A program made the translations under genes and the position numbers. The notes under the pieces are model-generated. The model worked only from the letters and a program-made list of their open reading frames with translations. It was not told the origin of the DNA and did not search any database. Shown here piece after piece: positions 24,290 to 36,820 of a stretch of 64,000 nt of DNA. Source of the DNA: Phoronis australis (taxonomy: Eukaryota; Animalia; Phoronida). Each line of letters begins with the position of its first letter. Positions within the stretch are counted from its first letter, which is position 1. The stretch covers positions 108,811 to 172,810 of the forward strand of contig NMRA01000737.1 in NCBI GenBank assembly GCA_002633005.1. Direction: 5' to 3'.

Positions 24290-25712
24290 ATCGGTACTCT
24301 GCGGTAAACGGTGCACGCGTTCTCGTCCACATGCTGGCAAATTCTGGTAACGTAAGCTTTTTACCTCATGATGCAACGAAACTACAATATTCTTGAAATT
24401 TCCACGACGTCAAATAACTCATACGTTCCGTTTTCTGACCTAGTTCACGGCGCCTCTCTAGTATTTCTTCATCACTGTATTCCTGTTCGAATTGATAGCC
24501 TGTGAAACTTAACGATCCACCTGCGAAGTCTTCGTAGGGACAGACTGATGAGCTCTCGTCTAAGTCGGGATTGCGAGTTGTCATGTTGATGTTTATTACT
24601 GAGCCTTCTGTTTCAAAATGAATTATTCTCACCCTAAGCAATACTTATATAAAACTGAAACAAAGTCTGCCTCATTAGATGCAATTTGTAATGCCTTTGG
24701 AGTGTTCTAGAGTGCAAATGATTTTAGAATCCAGCAATGAATAAATCACTGCGTTAGCAGCTTTATGTGCAATAAAACTAGTTGACGGGACACCGAGGCC
24801 GTGTGACCTCATGCTAATTTATTGTTTGCTGGCAGAAACTGTTGTGAAACAACTCAATCGATTTCCACCCCACGGCTTGGTGTTATAGGGGAGTCTTTAT
24901 TTACATTTACATTATTAAAATAATGATTGTCAATGTACAACTTCTGCCCTGACGGTGCTGTGGCCAAAGCGGAACCTAAATTCGCGGCTCCCGACGAGTA
25001 GATTTGCAGTAATTTCGTGACTAATTCACCAACATAATCACGTGCGCATTACTTTGGCTCACTAGTATAGTATTTTCTTGACTGGAAGTTTAGTTTCCAA
25101 CTTTGGTTGGTTTATATTCGTGATATCTGATCAGTTTCCGAGCCACTGGCCGGGATAACGAGTCAATCCGGCCGGCCGCGACAGGCCTGATCGGGCTCCG
25201 AGCCACTGACCAGGATAACAAGCGTCATGTTTCGAGTGTTTAGAACTAAAAAAGTAACAAGTCTAAACAACACAGATCTAGGTTCTCCTGTCTGTATCTC
25301 AAGGAAAAATACTTAGAATTTATCTCCAAACAGACCCCAAACTCCTGCTACGGACCTTATTGGCCTGCCGAACTTTCAAGTAGCCGGCTACGGAGTGTCC
25401 AAATACCAATAAATCCGTAACAGCGAAATAAAACAACACGTTTTTATAACAACTCGGTGTATTTTTGAGGGTTTTACATCGAAGTTTGATGATTTATTGG
25501 TGTTAAACGATGAATTCAAGCGATAAGCTCACACCAGTAGCCCGTGTTATGAACTGCTGAACAGACTGCGTGTGAAACCAATTACGTCATTGAATAATTT
25601 CAACACCTTTGCCGTCAGGTGTCAGGTAACACAACCGTACGTGCCGTTATGGAGTAGAACTACTCGATCTAAATTGATACAAATTAGGTTGTTTTTTGGA
25701 TGGCATGCTCCT
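24290..25712 (-). mobile_element. Decayed Kolobok-type transposon, copy 2 (KolX-like remnant 24290-24584, TIR with TTAA)
   Basis: MTTRNPD...GYQFEQEYSDEE...R, then EYCSFV..GKK..LPAC-like C-terminal motifs; end GGATGGCATGCTCCT|TTAA matches the TIR at 18448 at 13 of 15 positions. Confidence 0.7.
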
Positions 25713-26274
25713 TTAATTGAAGGAAACACTTTGAATTGCAAGACCGTAAGAAGCGCCAAAGCATTTTATCAAACAAGTACCTTTCTTCGCGTTGAAATAT
25801 GTTTAATCAACGCATAGTTTTCCCTGATCTGTACATGTATTTTAGTTCTTAAAGCATCATTGTGCTACTCTTATTCAACGCGCACTTTTGCTTAATCTTC
25901 GAGAATAGTAAGACAGCGAACCACAGAGAAGAGAGAAAATTCCAGAGAACTTTTGTTAACTACCAATGCCTGATTCACCCTTTGAGGACTGTCCCATTGG
26001 CCACAGCATTTTTGGTGGTGGTGCTCCATTTTTTGCAGCATACATGTAGGTCGTCAAAACTCTCTTGCAAACATGCAACTTATCATGTACATGTATGGCG
26101 TAAAATCGAGAAAATGTGTTAAGCACAGTTTTATAAAGCTAAAATGATTACCTGCAGTCTGGAACACGTTGTACCAGACGGGCGCAGAACGCGCATGTGA
26201 GCCCGCTGAAGATTGTTTACAGCGACAAGGGTCGTGTATTTATTAACCAATTACTAATATATATTTAAAACCGA

Positions 26275-26390
26275 GTTGAGGCGCTAGCGGCCTTACTCAA
26301 GGGTCTAACAGTGTCACCCAGTGGGACTCGAACCCATTGACTCGAGAGAGAAAGCGGGTACCTATCACCCTACAGTATGATACACTGCCT
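26275..26390 (-). mobile_element. Degenerate tRNA-derived SINE head
   Basis: Minus strand GGGTTCGAGTCCCACTGGGTGACACTGTTAGACCCTTGAGTAAGGC: Pol III B box followed by a CCTTGAGxAAGGC SINE-body-like motif; no complete cloverleaf. Confidence 0.6.
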
Positions 26391-27741
26391 CGTCAAAGCA
26401 CAGCTTTTGCACTGCATGTTAATTCACTGGATTCAAGATGGTGGAATTAACTATCACTCTCTCATGAAATTTAGCCTTTCACTTGCCCCTCTGTAAATCC
26501 GTCACCGTCAACTACTGGAAAAAGGTAATTCATAGAAAAAACCCCAAGGAAATTCGTACAAAGCACAAAAGTATCAAGACATTCACTCCAAACAACCGAA
26601 AATGGTTGTATAAGACGGCCATAGAAAGAATGATGGAAGCTTGAACAACTTTGTAAATTTCAAAACGTTTATATTCCGATGGTTTTGTAACTATAAAATG
26701 TCGACATTTTCCAGCTCCATTCTTGGAGCGGTTTTCGACAACTTATCAAAACTACATCTCAGGAGGTTTTCAACATTTTACGAAAAGAAGTGACATTTGG
26801 TTTCTGAGTGTTTGTTCTGCAATGAAAACTTTAGGCAGTACTAACAGATGTGTTCACGTATCTAAGTGCGCGTGCCTATGCATATATACGCATGGTGTGT
26901 GTTATTACTATTTTTAATTTTTCCTGTAGTGATTCATTCATGTAATCTTTACCTGTTGCCCATGTTATATGTAGTACTTGACCATACACCGTGAAATAAT
27001 AATAAAAAATAAAAATTTCTCTTGTAAAAGAATCTAATTGGTTTGTATACTTTGTGTTTCTGACAGCGTACATTGTACTTTCCAATTGCCCCGATCTTGG
27101 CGGACTATACCACTTCTTGAATTTTGCAGCATTCCCAGCACACCATTAGAATGTCCCGTTTTTGACACACGCCAAAATTGACATAATATCTTACACTTTG
27201 TAATTTCCTAAGTGACATAGCCACATTTTCCCGTTCAACTAAAAGAAAAAACTGGACGTTTCATGCTTTTGTGGCACTCGCAATTTCCCGTTTGACTAAC
27301 AAACAAAAACGCCGTAGGAAGCTTTTGGGAGTTACGTCTCCATTTTAACAAGAACACTCTTGTGACACTTTTGCGTGTAGCCGCGAACATTTCACCCCTG
27401 CGTCAAGCATAGATCCACAGGTACCGCTTTTCAATCCACTTTTTCCATTCTGGAATGTTGACCGTGACAACTACTGTATGAAATACGTGTTCAAACCAAC
27501 ATTGTCTCTTTGTTGTGTTTTATTTACGTAACAATAGTAAAGATAATTTTCAATGTGACTCATTGTCGTTAACATACACTAAACATACGAGGAATGTTTC
27601 TTTCCGAAGAAATGAGTGTATTTCTAAACTATTTATGTAAAATCCTACATTGCTACCAAACTAATGAGAACTATCCACGATATATCCTGCATTGTTATCC
27701 ACAATATATTTCAAAGCTACAAAATAGATGTTTGAAAATTA

Positions 27742-29801
27742 AGAAAACTCTTAACTGCAAATTTCGGATAGATATTTGGAGTTATTAGTTATCACATTTT
27801 CAGGCCAACTGATTGCACACCCCTTAATTTTTATTGTAGAATAAGGTTTGTATCAAACGGCACCAAAGATCCAATTAATATAAAAAGATGAGTAATTTTG
27901 GACAAATAGCTGATTAAATTCCTGTGAGGGACCCATATATTATGAAATCTTGTCGTTTCAGAGTAGCAATCTTTTGAATTATTGAATTTATTTCCCGCTG
28001 TAGGTTTGCAGGGAAGCTGCCTCGCCATCTATCGTTTTTAACTGGAAACCAAAATTGCCGAACTTAAAAGCCACCTTGCAAAATTAGTTTGCTCTACTTT
28101 CTGAATACTGGAAGGAGACATTTGGATATTCTGTACCATTGACTGTTTTGATAGCTATTATACAAGCGCCCTGGGCCCACGGTCTACATTTGTACTCGAA
28201 ATCGAACTTAAAATGTCTTTCTACTTTACTAGGCCATCGTGTGAATAGCGCGTGGAATAGTCAATAGAAGGCGCTGGCTACAAATACAATCTCAACTAAG
28301 CAACAGGTGGTCTCAAGTGAGTCACTTATATTATCTGAAGAACATTAGGTTGTAATATCTTCTTATTGTTACCGATTAAAATTAGTTTTTCCTCCTCCCG
28401 GCCTAGTATCAAATATTGACACTTGGGTTTTTGGAATAGTATGCGAAAAACTCACAACAAATGAACTTTCCCTAGTTTTAGCTTTTCTATCTAATCTAAC
28501 TGTTTATTTAACGATATGCGTTTCACATTTTTCACACGAAGACTCCAGCGGACGTTTAACAACACATCTGGCAAGGGATCGAGTTACAGCACCCCTGCTT
28601 TAGAAGTTCAAACCCGTCTATAAGAGACCTACTTCCAGGATGTGCGGTTCAGGTCAACGTCATGTAATTCGCTAGTTTCCAGACTCGTGTAACACAGTAA
28701 AATAATGGTCGTGAAAGTTAAGTTACTGTTGTTTCTACTGCTCGGGATTTATCAAAAGTATAGCCATGCAGAGGTAAGCCTACCTACGTCTACATGTAAA
28801 TGTAGGCACCGTTATCTGATACCATATTAGTTCTAAAATGGTGATGATTAATATGCTTTTTAAACAATGCTCACGCGTAGTCATAGGCTTCAAGTTTAGT
28901 TGGTTCACTGCTCAACACTCCCAAGGTGTCATTGGCGTAGGGAGAAAATGGGTTGGAAAAAGGGTTCGTGACCATTGTAAAAAAATTATCTGGCGTGCGC
29001 GTGTGAACTTGCCATTTTGAATGCTTCTGTCTGCGCCTGTGTAAAATATGGCATCTACCTGTCAAAAGACGCTACACAGGCTACTAATCCCAGTATGCAA
29101 TTTTTGTTACCACTTTTTATAAAAGTGAAAATCACTGATTTAACTTTGTCGGGTATTTTGTGGTGCACACAAGAAATTCAGAAGTCAAATTTTAAAGTGT
29201 TTTTTAAGTTGGAGCATCATGTCTATTTTGTAAATTTTTGGTTTAAAGAGCTTCAATAAGAAAATACATTTAAAAGGTTTTACTTAAAAACAGTAAAGAA
29301 AAAATAAAATTTTGATCGTGCTTATGTAGACATTTAAACTCTCTATCAAGAGACAGTCTTTTCGTCAGTAACCTTCATGGGATCACCAGTATTCGGTAAA
29401 TTTGGCCAATTTTTGTATTTGACTTTTAGCTATTTTTGAGGTGCTCAGGGGGTCACTTTAAGCGGTGCTGGCGATTTCAGGTAATATTTTCGAACAGTTT
29501 GCTATCTGACTAAAATGAAAAGTAAAAGTTGGGCTTTTCGTTTGTTTCCAATGAACAGCCGGTGAAAAGAACATACCATCGCATATTTCACCCCGTGTCC
29601 TTGAGTAGTCTGCAGCTGCAGCTCATGAACCCCACAATGGACTTGATTATTTTTGCAAATATGCCACTAGGGGCCTGAAATAAGTTGACGTCAGTTGTTA
29701 AATGGTTTGCCTACTGCTGCCCCCCGGGTAGCATTTTGTATAACTAGATTTCTTTGGTGAAATGTGGCCAATTGTTTCCATCTATAAAATAGTAGCACAT
29801 G
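27742..29801 (+). repeat. ~2.1-kb direct repeat, copy 1
   Basis: Colinear and highly similar to 45763-47847 with small indels; no credible ORF. Confidence 0.92.
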
Positions 29802-32174
29802 CTACACGTTTATGAATGATTCTTACCCGTACTGACCCATCAGTGACAATTTTAGCAGTTTGATGATCCTTCATATATCAAACCTGGTAATCGGCCTATA
29901 AAGTATACATTGTCATTTCAATGTGAATCTTGTCAGTTTTACCGGTGTTTATTGGTTAACTGAATCAACCCGAAACGATTTTGTCACTTGTTGTTTACAA
30001 CCCCATAAGAGATAAAAATGTGAAGTCCTAAAAAGATTGATCATAAGGGTTTCAAACTTCAAATATAGTTGAGGGTTACGTCAAACAAGGAAATATGAAT
30101 TTTTGGAAGCATGAGATGTAAATATTAAAAATTTGAGTAAACTTCAAACATCCTAATCCAAATTTATTAAGTTTATTTAAATCAATTACATTTTGTTGCT
30201 TTGATATAACCGGAAGTGGCAAGTAACACGTTACAAAACATAATTCAAAAGCACAATGTTTACATTAAATTAAAAAACAAAAAATACCTTGAAGAAAAGT
30301 TGAATTTTAAACAAAAACGAATTCAAAGCACTTTCAACCATTTTTACTGCAAGATCAGGGCGATTTTTTGTTTCTTTTGAATGTGGAATGGCTTTTAAAG
30401 TGTTCGTTGTGGTTCTTGAATCACACAGTCGGTAATTTTTACTGAATCCTAGAGAAATTTCCCGGCATGTGACTCAAGATTCAACGCTTGTCGTAGATTA
30501 TAAAAGGACCAAATCAGTTTTACGGATAAAAAATATGTTGGACGCTATTTATGCGTAAAAATGACTAGCTTAAATTTCAAGATTTACAAAGAACTACAGA
30601 ACACCAGAATCTGTTACTATAAATTGGCGCTTCCTAACAAAATCATATGACATTAAGGCGGCGACCTCATCAGTTGTTTCCGTCGCGGACGGTGTAAAAT
30701 TGCTATAAAAGCGGCATGAAGAACTTCTGACCTAATCTCATGAGTGCATGTGAAAAAGAGGCGAAGATCAGAAACTCATTTGAGACACATATTATTCTTC
30801 AGAATAAGCATTCGGAAAAGCCAAAATAGAGCGCTGGACTGCCGTGTGAGACGACTTGAGCACGTCCAGATATACCGAGCTTGCTCGAGTAGACAACCTG
30901 AGTGTTACATGTAGCATTCACCCCTCGTCTTCCAAAAATACCTTCGACATTCATGCTTGGTTTTGATTGATTTCAAGCACAAACATAAATTTGGCTTGTG
31001 AAAACTCAAGAATGACTCTACCGATTGAATCGATGAGCCACAAAAAATCGAATGATCTCGCCCAGTCGGGGATATAATTTAAAGGTTGGTTTCGTAATCT
31101 GCCCAATACACTTTGAAACAATGTGACAATTGTAATGGCTAACCTTTGCACTGTTTTGAGAAGGAAGTATTACAGCAGTGCTGTGTTTGACATCACATCT
31201 GAACTCTAACACTGCACCCTTGGCACAAAGTGAACTGAAGGTGGCGTGATTCAACACCTGGAAAGCCGAACGTCACGAGCCACACATATTTTCGTAAAAC
31301 TAATCCATGCGAAAAATAAATGTAAGAAAACCGAATTACTTTTATGGAAATGCTCCGAACAACTATAGGAATCTTGAGTGAGATGAATTTGTGTAGTTCA
31401 GTTTCAATTTAGCGCAATTTATTCATGCCTCATGGTCGTCGATTATGTTGCTTTAAGACGTGCTTTCATGTTGGCACTTTCAGAGTCCCCACACATTTGG
31501 AGACGACGCTAAAATGAACCCCAGACTTAATGTTCATGTAGTATAATCGTACAAGGAGTGCCAACTCACATTAGTTCAGAACATGAATGATTTCTTTTGA
31601 CAAATAAACAAATCTCGTTTCATAAATGATTGACAGCACACAACTTCAAATCACGTATTCGTTTATGAATGTATAGAAATTTTGAAGCCTAATCTTTGAA
31701 ACACAAATCACGGGAAATTAACTGGCAAGGCTCGCTGACGTTGGTTACTAACATATTTTGGTTTAGAGTCAATCAGGCCGGAATTTATGTTTCAATTTGC
31801 CTCATATTCGGGTCATAGTCAATTTAAATACAGCACGTCGCTGTCAGTAGAATAATTCGTGACAGATCTGTTAGCACAATTTTGCTGATGACCCTGCCCC
31901 CTAGCGATGGTCTAAACATCATAAAGCATTATGGGACACTTAAGTCCAACAAAATGATCTCAGGGATTTTTATGCAAAGAAAAAATGGGTTCTGCCATCC
32001 AAGGAGACTGAGAGAGAGCCAGCGCCAATAATTAAAACACAGTATTGGTTAACAACTTTATTAGGAGACGCAACTAGTAATGCAGTATACCACGCTGGAA
32101 GCCAAGACGCGAGACCCCAGGTAACAACACTACGAACATAATGGCGCAGCGCATGGAACATGTGTGAAGTGGCC

Positions 32175-32266
32175 GCTCTTTGACAGTGTTGGTCAACTCT
32201 ATCAAAGCCGCAGGCGTATTTGCGATGGTTCTCGATGATTTGACGAAGGAAAACAATTTCTAACAT
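32175..32266 (-). pseudogene. Possible piggyBac transposase fragment
   Basis: QIIENHRKYACGFDRVDQ resembles the piggyBac/PGBD motif P.II.DYNKYMGGVD..DQ; short and degenerate. Confidence 0.4.
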
Positions 32267-33581
32267 ACAGGGAAACTCAATAAAATATTTGACACATATG
32301 GCGTATTTTGAACTACAGTTCTATTTTGGGATGTAATGTTCGAGGAATTGAACAAATGAACGTGTTCTATAAATGTATGTGTGCTGTGTTATACTCTTGA
32401 TCATTCTCGTGTCAACTTAGCATATGTCATGTTTTTCACTGCTGTGTACGTCAGAGGTTTTGCTACAATGTTAAGGACCCCTTTCAATTAATTCCACTGG
32501 TACAAACATTAGTTGTCTGTGAAAGTGAAAGGTAATTAACTAAATATCTTTATGTTAGTTTCAAGTGATGCAACACGTTACTGAAAGACAGCATTTTCAC
32601 ACCATGGACCTCATATTGGATTATATTCATAATTTTTTACTAACTGGGAAATTGGGACAAAACAGTTTGTACACCATTTGAACAATTTGCTAAGCGAATT
32701 TTTTAGCTACGCTAGTGCAGTTAAGTAGAGTTGATGTGTAGGCCTACCGAGGTGGACTTAGGGAGATGGCTTGAGAAAATGTATATCAATTTGGACCACT
32801 GTGAGTAAGTGTTTGGTAACCCAAGAAAAACATCCACGTAGACCAGATTTTGGTAAAAATTGCATAAAAAGTTTGGTAGGCATTCGCTCAAGTGTGCTTA
32901 AAAAATCTCACCAGAAAACTGAGCCGTTGTAGTGATATCTTGTATTTGGACACGGATCCTCATCAATCAGGAAAATCAATGTCGCCCTTGATATCACAAA
33001 AGTTGGTCTAAGCTCCCATTGTGTTGTACAGGGCAATTATCGCATCAGTCACGTCTTCACGGCAATAAAACACCGGCTGAATTAAGTTGAAAACGCCGGG
33101 GTAGACTTTTTATGTGTTTAGCGTTTGACAGTGAATTCCTCGTGTAACGTTAGTGTATAAACCTTTTTCCGCTGCAAAAAGTACANCCCGGATGATGCTA
33201 GTAATTACACGGTGCCGCACTCATTAGTACATTCAATCATAAAAACGGCTCACACATGCACGCGGACCTTTAGCTCACCGAGCCACAAGCACGGCTCATC
33301 GACCACCAAATACGGCAATCCGACCGCCAAACTTCACTGTCACAATCTCACAAACACGACGGATAAGCATCCAATACCTCGTGCCCGTACGCACAAACTC
33401 GGCTCACTGACTTCAAGACCGAGTACACCTCGTTGGGCGGTATGCAAGTCCACAGGTACACGTTTTTGGGAGCGCAAGCCGTGCTTAATAAGTCCAGCAC
33501 CGACTTTGTTAGTGGTCGGTGAGCGTGTTTCACAGGCAGGCGATCGGAATCTCTTAATGTTCATTACTATCATGCGAACAC

Positions 33582-33824
33582 CCAGCGTAAGTAATTGGGG
33601 CCCCAATTTTTGAGAATGTGAACAACTAAGATTCAGAGGTACTTTCAGAGTTATGAAGTGTGCATTCGACGAATTTTGGTTGTTGCTGCCTGTTAGTGGA
33701 CTTTTATCTCCTTTTCTACCTTTTTTCGGCGTTTTTGTTTCCGTCTGAGGCGGACCCTTTAGCCTACTTTGCCAAATGAGGGGATCTTGTACGAGCCTCC
33801 CGAGCCCCCTCTAGATGCGCGCAT
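33582..33824 (+). repeat. Short dispersed repeat (MITE-like) with an inverted homolog at 51044-51302
   Basis: Shared TTTTTGAGAATGTG, GTACTT..CAGAG.TATGAA, GTGC.TTC..CGAATTTT and terminal TGCGCGCAT. Confidence 0.7.
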
Positions 33825-35547
33825 AACTATAGGTGCGTTCCGCCGACATTATAGGCTTACATCAGTCATACACCTGTACACTTGTGGCAATAAATTCCGA
33901 TAATTTAACATTCTAAGCTCAAGGACCAGTTACTTCACTGGCCACCATTTTGTTACCACCAGGTTACGCGAGATAGGCCTCTAGGACTCTCACGAAGCCC
34001 TTGGCTTTCACTATTGTAGTATTGCTCCTGCGTGATCTAGCGAGCGTTTCTTGCACAAAATTCAACACCCTGCAGTTGCAACATCAGGAAAAGTAATAGT
34101 ATGATACATACAAAGACAACTATTGTAGTATGGTATACAAAAGTCATCTGATATAGTGTGATAGTATTCTTATGCGATTTGGATGGATATCTTGTTTTAA
34201 ACTTACAACAGCTTTATGCAGACGTGAAAGGTTTGAGCGTTACTTCAATAAGAGAAAATAAGATTGACGACGTCAATTAAGACTAAAGCGACACCAGTGA
34301 GCTCCATTTCGATCACAGAATTAACATAGAAAATAAGAAGTGTAGAAAGCAATATTAAAACAGTCCATCTTCCGACCATTCCATTGCTTCAAATGCCGTA
34401 CTCCAAGGACACATTACCAAAGCCGGTTGTTAAAATAATTGAGCAGATAAGGATATTGACTGTCGTGAACTGTTTATTGTTTTATAAGGGGTATGGTCGT
34501 TTTTACGTTAGTTAAGGACATCTTCGCGATTTATCCAGTGAGACTTTATTTCGCCAGCAAAGTGCTGTTCAGGTTGATAGTTCGGTTCCGCGTTGGGGAT
34601 GATCTAAACAAAACATTACTTTTCTTGCCAATAAATTGAAGACCTCAAAAAGAATGATAGAGGCGGAACCGGAGCCAAAATAAGAAGACCCACAGATTGA
34701 CTGAAAGTCGATAAATATATGTTATCCCGCATACATAGGAATACTACAGCCATATTCCATCGAGAATTCAATTCATCTGGGAATCATCCCAACAAGACCG
34801 AAAACCTATTTATTCCTTATACATTGTATATAGACTTATTTGCATCATCGCGGCAATACCTTGTTGCCGTGTGCTCCGGCTTGTTGTTATACGAAGTCAT
34901 ATGTATGCCAAGTACGGTACCCAAGACCGTTAAGCGACCAGACAATCTGTGAATGTGTTGAATAACCAGTAAAGTTTTATTTCATAATAAACTAATCAGA
35001 ATTTTCAGTTTGTGAAATATGCAAGTTAAAGCGCTGAACCATTCAATAATATCAAACTTTCGTCGAAAACTTAGAAACAGCTAGTCCATGCGGGAATATA
35101 GAAATTAAAACATTTTCTGGACCGAGTTGTGCTGGAGTGCCTTAGCTTCTGAACTGTAAATAGTAATAGAAACATTTCCCCTGGCTGATCACTAGAAAAT
35201 AACGGTGGAAACGGTGCTGATTTGTAGAACTTGAGGAAAGGACTGTATCGCGAAAAGCAGGGGAGTATGTTGCGAGCAGATAACTGGCTCAGTGAAAATC
35301 ACATACTCGTTATTAGGTATTAATTTCCAGCATAGACCTTAGTTCTCAGTGTAAATATACTTTATGCATCCATAAAGAAACGTTTTCGTTGGATTTCAGT
35401 TAGATTTTTGGCTGATTTTGCTGACCGGGGACGCTACTTAACTTGACCTATTTATGATGACCCAGATTGAAACTTCAGCGAGAGCCAAAAATAACCGCCT
35501 GATCACCGTTCGTCGGAATTTTCATCAGTAATTTTTTATGTTTTCAG

Positions 35548-35674
35548 AGAATTAAGACTGCATTTTTAGGAACAACGCCTTGGATTGATGATTTGGGTAA
35601 CAGAAATGAACGAGCTCAATCAAATTTGGCGTTGCACACACGAATTTACTCCAGCAGGAGACTGCTCACCAACC
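35548..35674 (+). CDS. Candidate N-terminal exon of CTHRC1-like gene B
   Basis: TTTTCAG|AGA...AAC C|GTGACT; open frame RIKTAFLGTTPW...SRRLLTN; the phase-1 end fits exon 36741; weak similarity to 13327-13413. Confidence 0.35.
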
Positions 35675-36740
35675 GTGACTGAAATATAGCTTTTACCGTT
35701 GAATACGGTCTCTCCCGTGGTGTACGGATTGGCTCGATCCGTACTTCCCCGTATTTCACAGTTGATATCGTGACATAAACAACATCCGTATTTTCACATA
35801 TATTGGATAATTATGCTTATTGCAACATAGAGATGGCGTAAGACCAAGCAAAATCATTCGTGAGCACATCAAGATGTTAGGGATTCGTTTCGTTGTGTCG
35901 CGAACACTTGTGTTACCTTGGTTATCTCGCAAGATATATACTTGGTCTACGGAACACAGTCCAGGGGCCCGTTTCATGACAACTGACCTAAGACTTAAAA
36001 CACCAAAACTTTGTCTATGTTTACACAGAATTTCGGGCTAGATTAAGAAGGAAAACGAAAATTCAGAAAAGATCGTTTCGTGAACACAAGCAGGATTTTA
36101 GTCTTCGAAATTAAGTCGGTTTTTGGCATACGTAAGTATACATAGCACGCTTTCTCAATCTGCTGCGAATTCACATAACGGTTTACGATTTCAAGAATAA
36201 TCTTTGTAAAATTTAATTACAGTTTATTCGTATTTTTTCAAATATTGATGATCGTATTCACCAAAAATAATTGGTTAATCATTCACATATTCCTCAGATT
36301 CTTTACACACGTTCCGGTGTACGTGAGAAAATGGTTGATCGTGGGCCTCTGTACCACAATGCAACATTCTTACCCATTTCCAATATGGCGGCGCTTCAAA
36401 TGATCGCTAATATAAATTTCTTGATACATACATGTATGTACTGAACAACAAGTTTCACCCGATTGCCTTAACGAACGTGTAATTTTAAATTTAGCATACG
36501 CGATCTTGAGATCAAATGTAATTTCAAGTTCAAGCGCAACACAAGCACCATATACGGATGTAGTTCAACGATTGCTTGAAGGGGAAGGTTCATCAACGCC
36601 ATCTTAATTTATTGCAGTGTGTAGATGATGATTTTGACCTGACCTTATTGGATCTACAAGTATGTAAGATTTGGTACGGTTGTAAGCACTAAGATCATAC
36701 ATGAAAAAAACTTACAAAGTTTCTGCAAAACGTATTCCAG

Positions 36741-36820
36741 GTGACTTTGCTAATTCGATGGTAAACATGCGACAGTTTACGTGGAATCAAGAACAGAGTC
36801 AAGATTCAGGAAAACTACAG
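36741..36820 (+). CDS. CTHRC1: CTHRC1-like gene B, short internal exon
   Basis: TTCCAG|GT GAC...CAG|GTAAAT, phase 1/0; DFANSMVNMRQFTWNQEQSQDSGKLQ, homologous to gene A RQFTW and to CTHRC1 N.KQC.W....D.GKI. Confidence 0.88.

Noticed and set aside
26300-26385. Functional tRNA gene
   Set aside because: Only the B box/T-arm is recognisable; no full cloverleaf, and it is followed by SINE-like body sequence.
28838-29259. ORFs repeated at 46888-47310 (140 aa)
   Set aside because: Frameshifted between the two copies, no domain motif; a by-product of the 2.1-kb repeat.
34830-34920. Hydrophobic stretch YLVAVCSGLLLYEVIC as the signal exon of gene B
   Set aside because: No nearby in-frame ATG and ambiguous donor sites; not supportable without transcripts.
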